Assembly: GCA_034670305.1 (NCBI GenBank)
Contig: JAXMNT010000011.1
Location: 1-64,000 of the forward strand
Reading direction: 5' to 3'
Source: Deltaproteobacteria bacterium
GTDB taxonomy: Bacteria; Myxococcota_A; Polyangia; Polyangiales; Houyiibacteriaceae
DNA length: 64,000 nucleotides
Shown one piece after another: positions 49,569 to 59,711 of this stretch. Each line of letters starts with the position of its first letter. Position 1 is the stretch's first letter. The notes below the pieces were generated by a model. That model saw nothing but the letters and a program-made list of their open reading frames with translations. It made no database searches and had not been told where the DNA came from. The position numbers and the translations under genes are program-made.

Positions 49569-50801
49569 TTACGAGAGCAGGAGCCAGGTTAGGGCGGCGG
49601 CGGTGGCGAGGGCGAGGATTGCGGCGGCGATGTAGATCGCGGTGGGCGGAGGGGGAGCGGGGGTGGGGTGGTCGGCGCGGGCGGAGGCGGGGTCGGTGGT
49701 GGCGTCGAGGGTGGTTCTGGTTTCGACTGCGGTGGGGGGGTCGGGGGCGACTTCGGTCTGCACGTCGGGGAGGCGGGTTCGGGTTTCGTCGGTGGGCCCG
49801 GCGGAGCGGGGCTGTTCTTGGCGCTCGGGGCGGTCGCCGAGTTGCATGGTGCCGCCGGGGGTCGCGGGTTTCGTCTCGTCGAAGACCAAGTCGTTCTCGG
49901 GGGTGGGGCGTGCGTGGGCCCGCACGAGTTTGGCGAGGATGCGGCGGGCGGTGGGCGGGGGCGTGACCGCGCCGAGTGCTTGACGCAGTTCGCGGGTGGA
50001 GGTGAAGCGCACGTCGGGATCCAGCTCGAGCAGGCAGTCGACGACGTGCGCGAGTTCCACCGGGACCGAGGGCGCGAGGTCGAGCAGGGCAGGGCGGCTG
50101 CCCTTCGCGATGTTCTCGAGCGTCTCGATGTCGTTGCGGCCATCGAAGGGGCGGCGACCGGCCAACGCTTCGAACAACGTCACGCCGAGCGAGAAGAGGT
50201 CGATGCCTGGGTGGACCCGGCCTTCGCGCGCGTACTCCGGTGCCATGTACGGCACCTTGCCTTTGACGCTGCCGGTGCGCGTCTTGTCCGACGCGATGCG
50301 CCGGGCCACGCCGAAATCGGCGACCTTCACCTCGCCCGCGTTGCTCAGCAGGATGTTCGAGGGAGAGATGTCCCGATGCACGATGCCTTCGTCGTGGGCA
50401 CGCTCGAGGCCGGACGCGATCGAGACCGCGATGTACGCCACGAGCCCGGTCGTCAGCTCTTCGCCTGTCCGCTTGAGGCCGCGGAGCAAGAGCCGCAGGT
50501 CGGTGCCTTCGACGAGCTCGAGGACCAGGTAGTAATTGCCCTCGTGTTCCCCGAAGTCGAGCACCTGGGCGATGTTGCCGTGGCGCAGCCGCGCCGCGAG
50601 TTGGGCTTCCTGTAGAAACAGTGCGGTGAGTTCCGCGTCGCTCGCGAGGCTCGGCAACATGCGTTTGAGACACACCCGCTGTTCGAAGCGCGCGGGGCCC
50701 ACCTTCTTCGCCAGGTAGGTCTCCGCCATGCCACCGGCGCCGAGACTGCCGAGGAGCTCGTAGGGTCCGATCTTCGAGGCGCCGATCTTCGAACCGGTCA
50801 T
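49569..50801 (-). CDS. Membrane-anchored Ser/Thr protein kinase
   Basis: [33 protein letters not shown]-terminal TM. Confidence 0.93.
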   Translation of the reverse strand: MTGSKIGASKIGPYELLGSLGAGGMAETYLAKKVGPARFEQRVCLKRMLPSLASDAELTALFLQEAQLAARLRHGNIAQVLDFGEHEGNYYLVLELVEGTDLRLLLRGLKRTGEELTTGLVAYIAVSIASGLERAHDEGIVHRDISPSNILLSNAGEVKVADFGVARRIASDKTRTGSVKGKVPYMAPEYAREGRVHPGIDLFSLGVTLFEALAGRRPFDGRNDIETLENIAKGSRPALLDLAPSVPVELAHVVDCLLELDPDVRFTSTRELRQALGAVTPPPTARRILAKLVRAHARPTPENDLVFDETKPATPGGTMQLGDRPERQEQPRSAGPTDETRTRLPDVQTEVAPDPPTAVETRTTLDATTDPASARADHPTPAPPPPTAIYIAAAILALATAAALTWLLLS

Positions 50802-51961
50802 CCGAGCGCGCGGTCGAGGTCGCGCCACAGATCCTCGACGTCTTCGATGCCGATGCTCAGGCGCAAGAGACCGTCGGTGATGCCGGCGGCCAACCGCTGC
50901 GTACCGGGCATGGAGGCGTGGGTCGTCGACGCGGGGTGGGTCACGAGGCTGCGCACATCGCCGAGGCTGACGGCGCGGGTGAACACGTCGAGTTTGTCGT
51001 ACGCGCGGGCGCCGGCCGCGGCGCCGCCCTCGAGCTCGAGCGCGATGAGCGAACCGAAACCGCGCAACATCTGCCGCCGCGCGAGCGCGTGGTCGGGGTG
51101 GGAGCCGAGGCCCGGGTAGTGCACGTCTTCGACGCGGGGGTCGTCGTCGAGTCGCCGCGCGATCTCGAGCGCGGTGGAGCTCGAGCGCGCCATGCGAAGC
51201 CCCAGTGTCTTGACGCCGCGCGCGAGCAGCCAAGCGACGTCCGGTGCCAGCATGCCGCCGGTGGCCCGCACGCCGCGTTTGCGGATCAGCTCGATGCGTT
51301 CGTGGTCGCCGCACACGACGCCGCCGATGGCGTCCCCGTGTCCGCCGAGCGCTTTGGTCGCGCTGTGCACGACCAGGTCCGCACCGAGCGAGAGCGAACG
51401 CTGGTGGTAGGGCGTGGCGAACGTCGCGTCGACGACGAGCAGCGCGTCTTTCGCGCGGCACCGTTCCGAGAGCGCGCCGATGTCGGTGAGGGTGAGCACC
51501 GGGTTCGCGGGCGTCTCCGCCCAGACGAGCGCGGTGTTCTCGCGCCAGGCGGCGTCGATGGCATCGAGGTCGCGTTGATCGACGAAGTCGACCTCGACCC
51601 CGAACGCCATGAAGTGGTCGCGCAGAAGCTTTGCGGTCTCGGCGTACACGGCGATCGGCGCGATCACGTGTGCGCCGGATCGAAGGAACGTAGCCAGCAC
51701 GCCGTGGATGGCGGCCATGCCGGAAGCGAGCGCGGCGCAGGCCGGCGCGCCTTCGAGTGCGGCGACCTTGCGCTCGAACGCCTGCACGCTCGGGTTGCCC
51801 CAGCGGCCGTAGATCGGACCTTCCAGCGCGCCTTGGAAACGGGCGGCGGCGTCTCCGGCGTCGGCGAACCCGAACGCGCTCGAGCGCACGAGCGGCAGGT
51901 CGAGCGGTCCGTCCGATGCTTCGCCCGCGTGCACCGCCAGGGTGTCGAACTGCTTCTTCAT
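50798..51961 (-). CDS. PLP-dependent Cys/Met metabolism enzyme (methionine gamma-lyase/cystathionine gamma-synthase family)
   Basis: YGRWGNP, ASGMAA, ETPANP, DATFATP, HSATKALGGH, VSLGD, RLSIGIED. Confidence 0.92.
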   Translation of the reverse strand: MKKQFDTLAVHAGEASDGPLDLPLVRSSAFGFADAGDAAARFQGALEGPIYGRWGNPSVQAFERKVAALEGAPACAALASGMAAIHGVLATFLRSGAHVIAPIAVYAETAKLLRDHFMAFGVEVDFVDQRDLDAIDAAWRENTALVWAETPANPVLTLTDIGALSERCRAKDALLVVDATFATPYHQRSLSLGADLVVHSATKALGGHGDAIGGVVCGDHERIELIRKRGVRATGGMLAPDVAWLLARGVKTLGLRMARSSSTALEIARRLDDDPRVEDVHYPGLGSHPDHALARRQMLRGFGSLIALELEGGAAAGARAYDKLDVFTRAVSLGDVRSLVTHPASTTHASMPGTQRLAAGITDGLLRLSIGIEDVEDLWRDLDRALG

Positions 51962-52854
51962 GCCGTCCGTGCCTGCAGCTGGACTGCGTTGGCATCAAAG
52001 TTCGGACCACGCGTTTCCGGATGCAGGATCCCGGCGAGGACCTCGGCGCCCGCGCCCACACTCACCGGTGTGCAGCGGGAGAAGAGCTTGTCCGCATCGG
52101 TGGCCCAGACCTCGCAGTTCGGCAGGCGCGGGAGCACTTCCGCGCGCGCGTCGGCCACGGTGTGCTCGAGGTCGTACCCACACGGCATGTGTACGACGAC
52201 GTCCGGCTTCGCCGCGAGGATCTCTGCCCACTCCACCCGCCGCGAGTGTTCGCCCGGTTGGGCGAGCACGTCTTCACCGCCGGCGAGTTCGATCAGTTCC
52301 GGAACCCAGTGGCCGCCGAGGTAGGGCGGGTCGCTCCACTCGAGCGCGACCACGCGCGGCCGGGTCCGAGGTTCGGCGTGCGTCATCGCGCGGATCCGCT
52401 CGAGTCGCTTGTGCATGCCCGAGCGCGCCGGGGCCGACGCGACTCCGAGCGCGGCTGCGACCCGTTCGAGGTCTTCTTCGAGCCCCGCCAGGGTGCTGCC
52501 GCTCAGTCGAACGAGGGACGAGCCAAAGGGCAGAGGACACGCATCCGCCGACACCGCGCACACGTCGCAGATGTCCTGCGCCAACACCACGTCTGGCCGC
52601 AACGACTCCAGCAAGCTCAGGTCGGTGACGTAGAGCGCGCGGCCTTCGGTCAGCGCCCGCTGAACGGCGTCCTCGACTTCGCGCGGGCTCGCTCCGCCTG
52701 CCTTGCCCGCGGAGGGGATCCGGGTCCGCGTGACCACCGGGAGGTCGGCCGCGGCCACGTGGTCGCATTCGTGCGAGATGCCGACCAGCTGATCGGCGGC
52801 GCCAAGAGACGCGACGAGATCGGTGGCCGAAGGAACGAGACTGACTACACGCAT
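51958..52854 (-). CDS. BtuF-like substrate-binding-fold protein (no signal peptide)
   Basis: MRVVSLVPSATD, GISHECD, QDICDVCAV, GGHWVPE, MPCGY. Confidence 0.85.
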   Translation of the reverse strand: MRVVSLVPSATDLVASLGAADQLVGISHECDHVAAADLPVVTRTRIPSAGKAGGASPREVEDAVQRALTEGRALYVTDLSLLESLRPDVVLAQDICDVCAVSADACPLPFGSSLVRLSGSTLAGLEEDLERVAAALGVASAPARSGMHKRLERIRAMTHAEPRTRPRVVALEWSDPPYLGGHWVPELIELAGGEDVLAQPGEHSRRVEWAEILAAKPDVVVHMPCGYDLEHTVADARAEVLPRLPNCEVWATDADKLFSRCTPVSVGAGAEVLAGILHPETRGPNFDANAVQLQARTA

Positions 52855-52888
52855 GTCGAAGTGGTTGCCGAAGTAGTTAACGAAGTGG

Positions 52889-54379
52889 TCAGAAAGTGAG
52901 ACCAGGCCAGGTGGGAAGCGGTGCATCCGCTGGAGGCGAGAATCTCACGGCTTGGGGCCAGGCGCAGAACGTCCCGGCGAGAATCCCGGCGGGGCGGTGG
53001 TTGCCGGAGTCTTTCACGCCGCCGAAGGGCAGCCGTCCGCTCGCGCCCGCGCTCGACTGGTTCCAGTGCAACACCCCGACACGAAGTCGGTCGGCGGCGT
53101 GCTCGAACGAGGCTTCCGACGCGGTGAACACCGCGGCGGCCAGTCCGTACTCGGTGTCGTTCGCCAGCGCGATCCCTTGGTCGAGATCCTTCACGACGTA
53201 GACGGCGACGTCGGGACCGAAGAGCTCGTCGTGGCTGTAGCCCGGCACCCGCGCATCCGCGCTCGGGGCCCGGTGCACGTTGGGGCGGACGTACCATCCG
53301 ACTCGATCGAGCTCTGGCACGCCGCCTTTGGCGCGGGCCTCGTAGCCGGCCGCGACCGCGCGGGCGCGGGCTTCGACGAGCCGGGTGCGCGCGCCTTCGT
53401 CGATCATCGGACCCATGAACACGTCTTCGTCGAGCGGGTGCCCGACCTTTGCGGCATCGGCGGCGGCGGCGAGGCGAGCGAGCAACGGCTCCGCGACGGC
53501 CTCGGTCACGAACACGCGGCTCGTCGCGGTGCACCGCTGGCCTGCGCTCGCGAACGCAGCGAATGCGATCTGCCGCGCAGCGCGTTCGACGTCCGCGTCG
53601 TCGAGCACGATCGAGGAGTTCTTGCCGCCGAGCTCGAGGGCGACCAGGCGGCCCGGTCGGTGCGCGTTCGCGGCGATGATCGCGCGGCCCACCGGCGCCG
53701 AGCCGGTGAAGAGGATGCCGTCGACGTCGTCGTGGGCGACGAGGGCTTTGGACGACGCCACGTTGCCTTGCACGATGTTCACGACGCCGGGCGGGAAGCC
53801 AGCTTCTTCGAAGCAGCGCGCCATCCACACGGCGGGGCTCGGCGTCTTCTCGCTCGGCTTGAAGACCACCGTGTTGCCGTGAAGCAGCGCCGGCACGATC
53901 TGTCCGTTCGGGAGGTGGGCCGGGAAGTTGAACGGACCGATGACGGCCAGCACACCGTGGGGACGGAATCGAATCGCACCGGGCAGGTCGTCGAGCCGCT
54001 TGTCGCGGGTGAAGGCGGCGCCTTCGCCGAGCATGAGGTCGACTTTGCCCGCGAGTGCGTTCGCTTCTCCGAGCGCGTCCCACAGCGGCTTGCCGACCTC
54101 GCGCGCGATCGATTCCGCGATCGCGTCTCGGTGGTGGCGGAGCCGGACTTGGTACGCCCTCAGGAGTTCGCGGCGTTTCTCTTCCCCGAGCCGGCGCCAG
54201 GCCGGAAACGCCTCGCGCGCGGCGGTCACCGCCCGGTCGACGTGGGCATGGGTGACGTCGTGCACCGCGACGAGGTCGTCCTGGTCCGCCGGGCTCGAGA
54301 TGCGGAGTGTCTCGTCGGCCGCGCCGTGGACGAATTCCCCGCCGATGAAGTCCCCAGGTCGTTCCAGTGTCGGTTGCAT
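52889..54379 (-). CDS. astD: Aldehyde dehydrogenase, succinylglutamate-semialdehyde dehydrogenase-like
   Basis: GPFNFPAHLPNG, FKPSEKTP, FTGS, ALELGGKN, SAGQRCT, ELFGP, SGNHRP. Confidence 0.82.
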   Translation of the reverse strand: MQPTLERPGDFIGGEFVHGAADETLRISSPADQDDLVAVHDVTHAHVDRAVTAAREAFPAWRRLGEEKRRELLRAYQVRLRHHRDAIAESIAREVGKPLWDALGEANALAGKVDLMLGEGAAFTRDKRLDDLPGAIRFRPHGVLAVIGPFNFPAHLPNGQIVPALLHGNTVVFKPSEKTPSPAVWMARCFEEAGFPPGVVNIVQGNVASSKALVAHDDVDGILFTGSAPVGRAIIAANAHRPGRLVALELGGKNSSIVLDDADVERAARQIAFAAFASAGQRCTATSRVFVTEAVAEPLLARLAAAADAAKVGHPLDEDVFMGPMIDEGARTRLVEARARAVAAGYEARAKGGVPELDRVGWYVRPNVHRAPSADARVPGYSHDELFGPDVAVYVVKDLDQGIALANDTEYGLAAAVFTASEASFEHAADRLRVGVLHWNQSSAGASGRLPFGGVKDSGNHRPAGILAGTFCAWPQAVRFSPPADAPLPTWPGLTF

Positions 54380-54593
54380 CGTTTCCTCGGTCGAATCGGT
54401 GGCACCGCGCGCCACAACGTCAAGACGGCCGGACTCTACACCAAGAACCGCCCGCTTCGACCGTGTGGCGGATGGGCAGCGTGGTGCGCAAGGACGCCCC
54501 GATCGCCGCGCAGCGCGGGGCACCCGTCTCGAGCGCTGGCCGAACTTGCCTCATCGGTGAACATTCGGCCGCCCTGGCACGTATCATCCGCAC

Positions 54594-55835
54594 GTGTCTG
54601 CCCATCTCCGTCTTCTCCCTGGATCCCTGATCGTGCTGCTCTGCGTGGGTGCATCCATCGGGGTCGCTCAGAACGAGGATGCGTCGCTCATGCTCGCGGT
54701 CGCGAGCGCGGGGGAACACGACGCGCGCGGGACCCGCATCGGATCGATGCGTCACGAGGAGGTTCGGCCGGGCCGACCACTGACGTTCGACACCACCTTG
54801 AACCCCAGCGAGTGCTTGCTCTTGGTCGCACAGGCCGGGCAAGGAATTCGGGATCTGGACCTGACCATTCGCCGACTGGGCGCCAGCGGGACCCCGCTCT
54901 CCCGCGTCACCGCACGCGGCGGGTTGGGCCAGGCGCGGCACTGCGCGGGTGCGCGGATCGAGCGCCTGCGTTTCCTGGTCGCGAGTGTGGCGGGTCGCGG
55001 ACGGGTGGTGGCCGCCATCTACCGCGTGGCCGCGCCTCCCCCCTCGCAGGCGATCGTGATCGACTCGACCAGCCCACTCGAACGACTCAGCGCGCTCGTC
55101 GAACGCGACGGCGCCCGCTACGCGCCGATCACGCCGCCGGCACTGGAGCCTGCGCTCGAGGCCGGTACGTTCATCGAACGCACGGTGCCACTCGCGCCCG
55201 GTCGCTGCTACCGAGTGTTCGCTGCCGGGTCCGCTGGGGTGACGCACCTCTCGATTTCGATCCGCGCGCCACGAAGCGATGCAGAGCTTCAGAACGACGG
55301 GGCGGAATTGGCGACGCCTACGCTCGGCGTGCTCCGGCCCCTGTGCCCCGCCACGGCCGGCGAACACCATCTTCGTTTTCAGGTCGAAGCCGGCTCGGGT
55401 CGTTTCGCGTGGCGCGTGTACGCCCAAGCGCAGCGTGCGGCCGCCGTGGCCCGGCTCCAGACCTATGCCGTGGGTGGCGATGGTTCGGGCTACGTGCCCA
55501 GTCGCCTTCGATCCCGGCACCGCGTGGTTGGGCGGGGCGGTCTCGGTGTGATTCCGCTCGCCGAGGGCGCACTGCGCCGCAGCGGCACGGTCGAGGTGCC
55601 CGTCGAGGTGCGCGCGGGGCGTTGTTATGTGGCCATCGCCGCGGGCGTGCCGTCGGTCCGCAGCCTCTCGCTCTCGGTGCGCGACACCTTCGGGCAGGAG
55701 CGCGCGACCGGAGCCGCCGCGCCGCAGCCCCACGCCCGATTCTGTCCGTCGATCGCCGGGCAGTGGACCGTCCGGGTGAAAGCCGAAGTCGGCTACGGCC
55801 GGTATGGCATGCAGGTCTTCTCGCAGCCTCGGTGA
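54594..55835 (+). CDS. Secreted protein with three tandem ~120-aa domains
   Basis: Signal peptide; recurring L.P..C(Y/L)...A...G...L.L.(I/V)R...C pattern three times. Confidence 0.75.
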   Translation: MSAHLRLLPGSLIVLLCVGASIGVAQNEDASLMLAVASAGEHDARGTRIGSMRHEEVRPGRPLTFDTTLNPSECLLLVAQAGQGIRDLDLTIRRLGASGTPLSRVTARGGLGQARHCAGARIERLRFLVASVAGRGRVVAAIYRVAAPPPSQAIVIDSTSPLERLSALVERDGARYAPITPPALEPALEAGTFIERTVPLAPGRCYRVFAAGSAGVTHLSISIRAPRSDAELQNDGAELATPTLGVLRPLCPATAGEHHLRFQVEAGSGRFAWRVYAQAQRAAAVARLQTYAVGGDGSGYVPSRLRSRHRVVGRGGLGVIPLAEGALRRSGTVEVPVEVRAGRCYVAIAAGVPSVRSLSLSVRDTFGQERATGAAAPQPHARFCPSIAGQWTVRVKAEVGYGRYGMQVFSQPR

Positions 55836-55836
55836 G

Positions 55837-56075
55837 CCGTGCCCGTGCCCGTGCCCGTGCCCGTGCCCGTGCCCGTGCCCGTGCGCGTGCCCGTGCCCTG
55901 CCCGCGGTCGAAGCCGACGCCGACGCCGAAGCCGACGCCGACGCCGACGCCGACGCCGAAGCCGATGCCGACGCCGAAGCCGACGCCGAAGCCGATGCCG
56001 ATGCCGAATCCGACGCCGAAGCCAAAGCCGAAGCCGAAGGCGACGCCGACGCCGAAGCCGACGCCGAAGCCGACG
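55837..56075. repeat. Hexamer array (GCCCGT)n-(GCCGAC/GCCGAA)n
   Basis: Begins right after the TGA at 55835. Confidence 0.9.
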
Positions 56076-56191
56076 CACACAGATGCCGAGGTCGTTTTTA
56101 GATCCTTGTGCGGGCTCGACCGTCGGAGGGGGTTCGGGCAGGTTGGGTTCCACGTGGCGCGTTGCGCCCGGACGAGGACGCGAGGACGACG

Positions 56192-57790
56192 ATGCGGAAC
56201 AGACGGGCGATGCAGGGGTGGACGTTGGCGGTGGCGCTGGGGTGCGCGGTGGCGGTGCCCTCGGGGGTCCGGGCGTTCTGCGGGTTCTACGTCGGGGGCG
56301 CGGAGAGCACGCTCTACAACGATGGATCGATGGTCGTGTTGATGCGTGATGGGACCCGCACGGTCGTCTCTATGCAGAACGACTACCACGGTCCGCCCGA
56401 AGCGTTTGCGCTGGTGGTGCCGGTGCCGGAGGTGTTGGACGAGGACATGGTCCGCACGCTGCCGCGCGAAGTGTTCGCGAAGGTGGACCGGCTGACCGCG
56501 CCGAGACTGGTCGAGTACTGGGAGCAGGATCCTTGTCCACAGGAGGCGGTGTACGGCTACGAAGGCGGAGTCACGATCGAGCTGGCGTCGCGCGCGGAGA
56601 CCGACGACGACGAGGGCTACGAGGAAGAGCCGCGTGACCTCGGCGTGCGCGTGGAAGCCGAGTTCGCGGTCGGCGAGTACGACATCGTGATCCTCAGCGC
56701 CGAGTACTCCGCCGGGCTCGACACCTGGCTGCGGCAGAACGGGTACGCGATCCCGGCCGGCGCGGAGCGCGTGCTGCGCCCGTACGTCGAACAGAACATG
56801 AAGTTCTTCGTCGCCAAGGTGGATCCGCAGCGGGTGACCTTCGATGGGGAGTCCGCGGTGCTCTCGCCGCTCCGGTTTCACTACGACGCAGAGTCGTTCT
56901 TTCTGCCCATCCGGCTCGGGCTGCTCAACTCGCGCGGCCAGCAGGACGTGATCGTGAACGTGCTCGCGCGGCAGCTTCGGTACGAGGTCGCGAACTACGA
57001 CAACTTCGCCATCCCCACCAACCTCACGGTCAGCGATCGGGTCCGGGCGGAGTTCGGTTCGTTCTACGACGCGCTCTTCACCCGCATGATCGAAGCCCAT
57101 CCCGGCAGCGTCATCACCGAGTACGCGTGGGGCGCGGGATCGTGCGACCCGTGTCCGGAACCGCCGCTCGATGCGGACTCGATCGTGAGCCTCGGTGCGG
57201 ACGTCATCCCGAGCTACGAGCGCGCCATCCGCAGAGGACGGGTACAGACCGGCTTCGAGCAGGACTTCGTCGTGACACGGCTTCATCTCCGGGCGCGGGC
57301 GGACGGGCAGGGCGAAGATCTCTTCTTCCGGCCGGCGCCGCCGATCGAAGGTGGGCGCGGCACGCCCGACGTGGAAGGTCAGATGAGTGGCGGGGTGCAG
57401 AGCTACGGGGTGAACAACTTCCAGGGCCGGTACGCGATCCTCCATGAGTGGGAGGGCGCGATCGAATGCGAACAGCCGATGCGTGGACGTTGGGGCGGTC
57501 CGCCGTCGACCGAAGTCGCGTCGGGGCAGCCCATGGCGGCGACCGGTCTCGCATTCGTCGCCGCGGGCACGGGCGCGACGACGTTGGGCGGGTACCTGAC
57601 TCAGGAGAACCCGCTGCTCGGGCAATCCACCGACACCCTGCCGACCGGTCCGGTCGCGCCTCCGGGTCCGCCACCGACCGCGCCCGGCGGGTGCAGTGGC
57701 GCGACGTGTTCGATGGGCACCGGCGGGACGGCGACCGTGTGGTTCGTGGGCGCCGCCGCGCTCTTGTTGTGGGGACGCCGACGACGCTGA
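56192..57790 (+). CDS. DUF2330 domain protein with MYXO-CTERM-like tail
   Basis: [44 protein letters not shown]-terminus. Confidence 0.88.
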   Translation: MRNRRAMQGWTLAVALGCAVAVPSGVRAFCGFYVGGAESTLYNDGSMVVLMRDGTRTVVSMQNDYHGPPEAFALVVPVPEVLDEDMVRTLPREVFAKVDRLTAPRLVEYWEQDPCPQEAVYGYEGGVTIELASRAETDDDEGYEEEPRDLGVRVEAEFAVGEYDIVILSAEYSAGLDTWLRQNGYAIPAGAERVLRPYVEQNMKFFVAKVDPQRVTFDGESAVLSPLRFHYDAESFFLPIRLGLLNSRGQQDVIVNVLARQLRYEVANYDNFAIPTNLTVSDRVRAEFGSFYDALFTRMIEAHPGSVITEYAWGAGSCDPCPEPPLDADSIVSLGADVIPSYERAIRRGRVQTGFEQDFVVTRLHLRARADGQGEDLFFRPAPPIEGGRGTPDVEGQMSGGVQSYGVNNFQGRYAILHEWEGAIECEQPMRGRWGGPPSTEVASGQPMAATGLAFVAAGTGATTLGGYLTQENPLLGQSTDTLPTGPVAPPGPPPTAPGGCSGATCSMGTGGTATVWFVGAAALLLWGRRRR

Positions 57791-57824
57791 CTTGTTCGAG
57801 CGCAAGGCGCGCTAGGTTGCGTCC

Positions 57825-58023
57825 GTGGAACTTCGTTTGGATGTGGTGGGTCCTGCGCTCGCGATTTGCCGGTTGGCGGCCGACGCCAGGCTTCCGGAGT
57901 GGGCGCTGTCGGGGAGGTTCTTCTCGATCACCCGAACCGAGAACGAGCTGTCGGTGGTCGCGCCCGAGGACGAAGTGCCAACCGCGGCCGAAGGCCGAAG
58001 CCGATGCCGAAGCCGAAGCCGAA
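57825..58023 (+). pseudogene. Truncated ACT-domain (ACT_7/CASTOR-like) protein
   Basis: LAICRL..LPEWA..FFSITRTENELSVV, then a hexamer tract at 57986-58023; the second ACT half is not seen before the lexA stop. Confidence 0.65.
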
Positions 58024-58059
58024 ATGACTCCGACGGCGTTCCCGGCTTCGTGCTTCTCG

Positions 58060-58719
58060 TTAGTCCAGGCGGCGGTAGACGCCGACGACGACGCCGAGGA
58101 CCTGGGTGGTGCGCCAGTCGTTTTTCGGCACGAGGATCGGGGCCATCGTGCTGTTCTCGGGCTGCAAGCGGATGTGGTCCTTCTCGGGGAAGTACCGTTT
58201 GCAGGTGGCTTCGTCGCCGACGAGGGCGATGACGATGTCGCCCCGGCGGGCGTCGAGTTGTTTGCGCACGAAGACGTAGTCGCCGTCGTGGATGCCGGCC
58301 TCGATCATCGACTCGCCCGTGATGCGCAGGCCGAACACGTCCTGGCCACGCCCGATGAGCATGCGGTCGATCTTGACCGTGTCCTCCGGGTGCTCGATCG
58401 CTTCGGCAAGGGCGCCGGCGGCGACACGACCGAGGATCGGGATCGAGATGAGGTCGGCCGATTCTTCTGGAACCGGCGCGCTCGTCTGGATCGAGGATCC
58501 GTCGGGGTGGCGCAGCAAACGAAGCGTGCGCGACTTCATGTCCTGGCGGGTCAGGTAGCCCTTCCGTTCGAGCGCGCGCAGGTGGTCGTTCACCCCATTG
58601 GTGCTCTTGATGCCGAGCCGGTTTCCGATCTCACGCAACGTGGGCGGGTACCCCTGTTCGGAGATCGACTCTTCGATGAATTCGAGTACGGCGCGCTGGC
58701 GGTCGGTGAGCTTTTGCAT
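58060..58719 (-). CDS. lexA: SOS repressor LexA
   Basis: LTDRQ, YPPTLREIG, GRVAAG cleavage site, GESM, ATCKR. Confidence 0.97.
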   Translation of the reverse strand: MQKLTDRQRAVLEFIEESISEQGYPPTLREIGNRLGIKSTNGVNDHLRALERKGYLTRQDMKSRTLRLLRHPDGSSIQTSAPVPEESADLISIPILGRVAAGALAEAIEHPEDTVKIDRMLIGRGQDVFGLRITGESMIEAGIHDGDYVFVRKQLDARRGDIVIALVGDEATCKRYFPEKDHIRLQPENSTMAPILVPKNDWRTTQVLGVVVGVYRRLD

Positions 58720-58800
58720 CTGGGGTTCCTGGGGTCTGGTCGGGGCGGTTCTGGAGCGGCGTGCCCGCGCGTTGGATGGGTCCACGAGGACCGCGATCCA

Positions 58801-58854
58801 CTGATGATACGTACAGGTAGGACTCCAAACTACGGATCCAATGTCCCGTGTCAA
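58801..58854 (-). promoter_or_regulatory. Putative lexA sigma70 promoter with downstream SOS box
   Basis: Minus strand TTGACA-N16-TAGTTT, then CTGTACGTATCATCAG (CTG-N10-CAG). Confidence 0.6.
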
Positions 58855-58966
58855 ACATTCAGTGTCAAAAACTCAGCAGATCTCATGTGGTCGCCGCATC
58901 TGCGCACGGTGCAGAAAGAACCTCGACGACGTGTAAGTGCTGAGGAACCACCGCCGTTGTCCTCCC

Positions 58967-59680
58967 ATGAAACGGATTCTCGGCCTCGCCGTCCTCGCCG
59001 CCTTCCTGCTCCCTGCCGCGCTCGCACCCGAGTCGGCCGAGGCCCAAGAATGGCATCCTGATCGATACCTCTACGTGAACCCACGGGTCACGCCGCGCCC
59101 GGTGGTCGTCGTGCGTCCCTCGCCTCCGCCGTCACTGGTGGTCGTGCACCGCGCGCCGCCCCCGCCGGTCGAAGTTCGCGTGCACACGATCCACACCCCG
59201 ACGCCCGAGCCGATCGTGCAACCGCGTTCTGAATCGCGCTTCCGGGTCGGCGTCGGGGCCGGCGCACTGCTCCGGTTCGGGGACGCGGAGACCGAGGCGA
59301 TCGCCAGCTACGAAATCCGGCTCGGCATGATCGTCGACCAAGCCGAGTTCGGCTTCCGGTTCGACCTCGCGCCGAGGTTCTCCGGCGGCGATGCGTTCTA
59401 CACCGCGGGCGCGGGGTTCCGGTACCGCTTCCTCGAGGACTCGAACGTGCACCCACACGTGGGCCTCGGACTCGAGACGGTGTTCTACAACCCGGTCGGC
59501 GCAGAGACGGCGCGGGCCTTTGGACTCACCGCGGCCGCCGGTCTCGAGATGGACGTCGAGACGGGGTTCGGTGAACTCGCCCTCGGACTCGACCTGCGCG
59601 GTCATCAGCCGATCGCGGGTGCGGAACAAGCCGCTGTGCGCCTCGTCGGCATCGGCGCCCACCTCGACTTCCGCTTCTGA
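58967..59680 (+). CDS. Outer-membrane beta-barrel protein with Pro-rich N-terminus
   Basis: Signal peptide (AEAQ), alternating strands, terminal LDFRF. Confidence 0.8.
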   Translation: MKRILGLAVLAAFLLPAALAPESAEAQEWHPDRYLYVNPRVTPRPVVVVRPSPPPSLVVVHRAPPPPVEVRVHTIHTPTPEPIVQPRSESRFRVGVGAGALLRFGDAETEAIASYEIRLGMIVDQAEFGFRFDLAPRFSGGDAFYTAGAGFRYRFLEDSNVHPHVGLGLETVFYNPVGAETARAFGLTAAAGLEMDVETGFGELALGLDLRGHQPIAGAEQAAVRLVGIGAHLDFRF

Positions 59681-59711
59681 CTCGCCACGGGCCGCCAGGC
59701 CCGTAGCGCAA

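Noticed and set aside
49569-52061. 830-aa kinase fusion
   Set aside because: The kinase starts at 50801; the upstream part is an off-frame overlap with the PLP enzyme.
52952-56101. 1049-aa plus-strand ORF
   Set aside because: Arg/Gly-rich off-frame and antisense read-through of astD-like and the 54594 gene; a GC-rich artefact.
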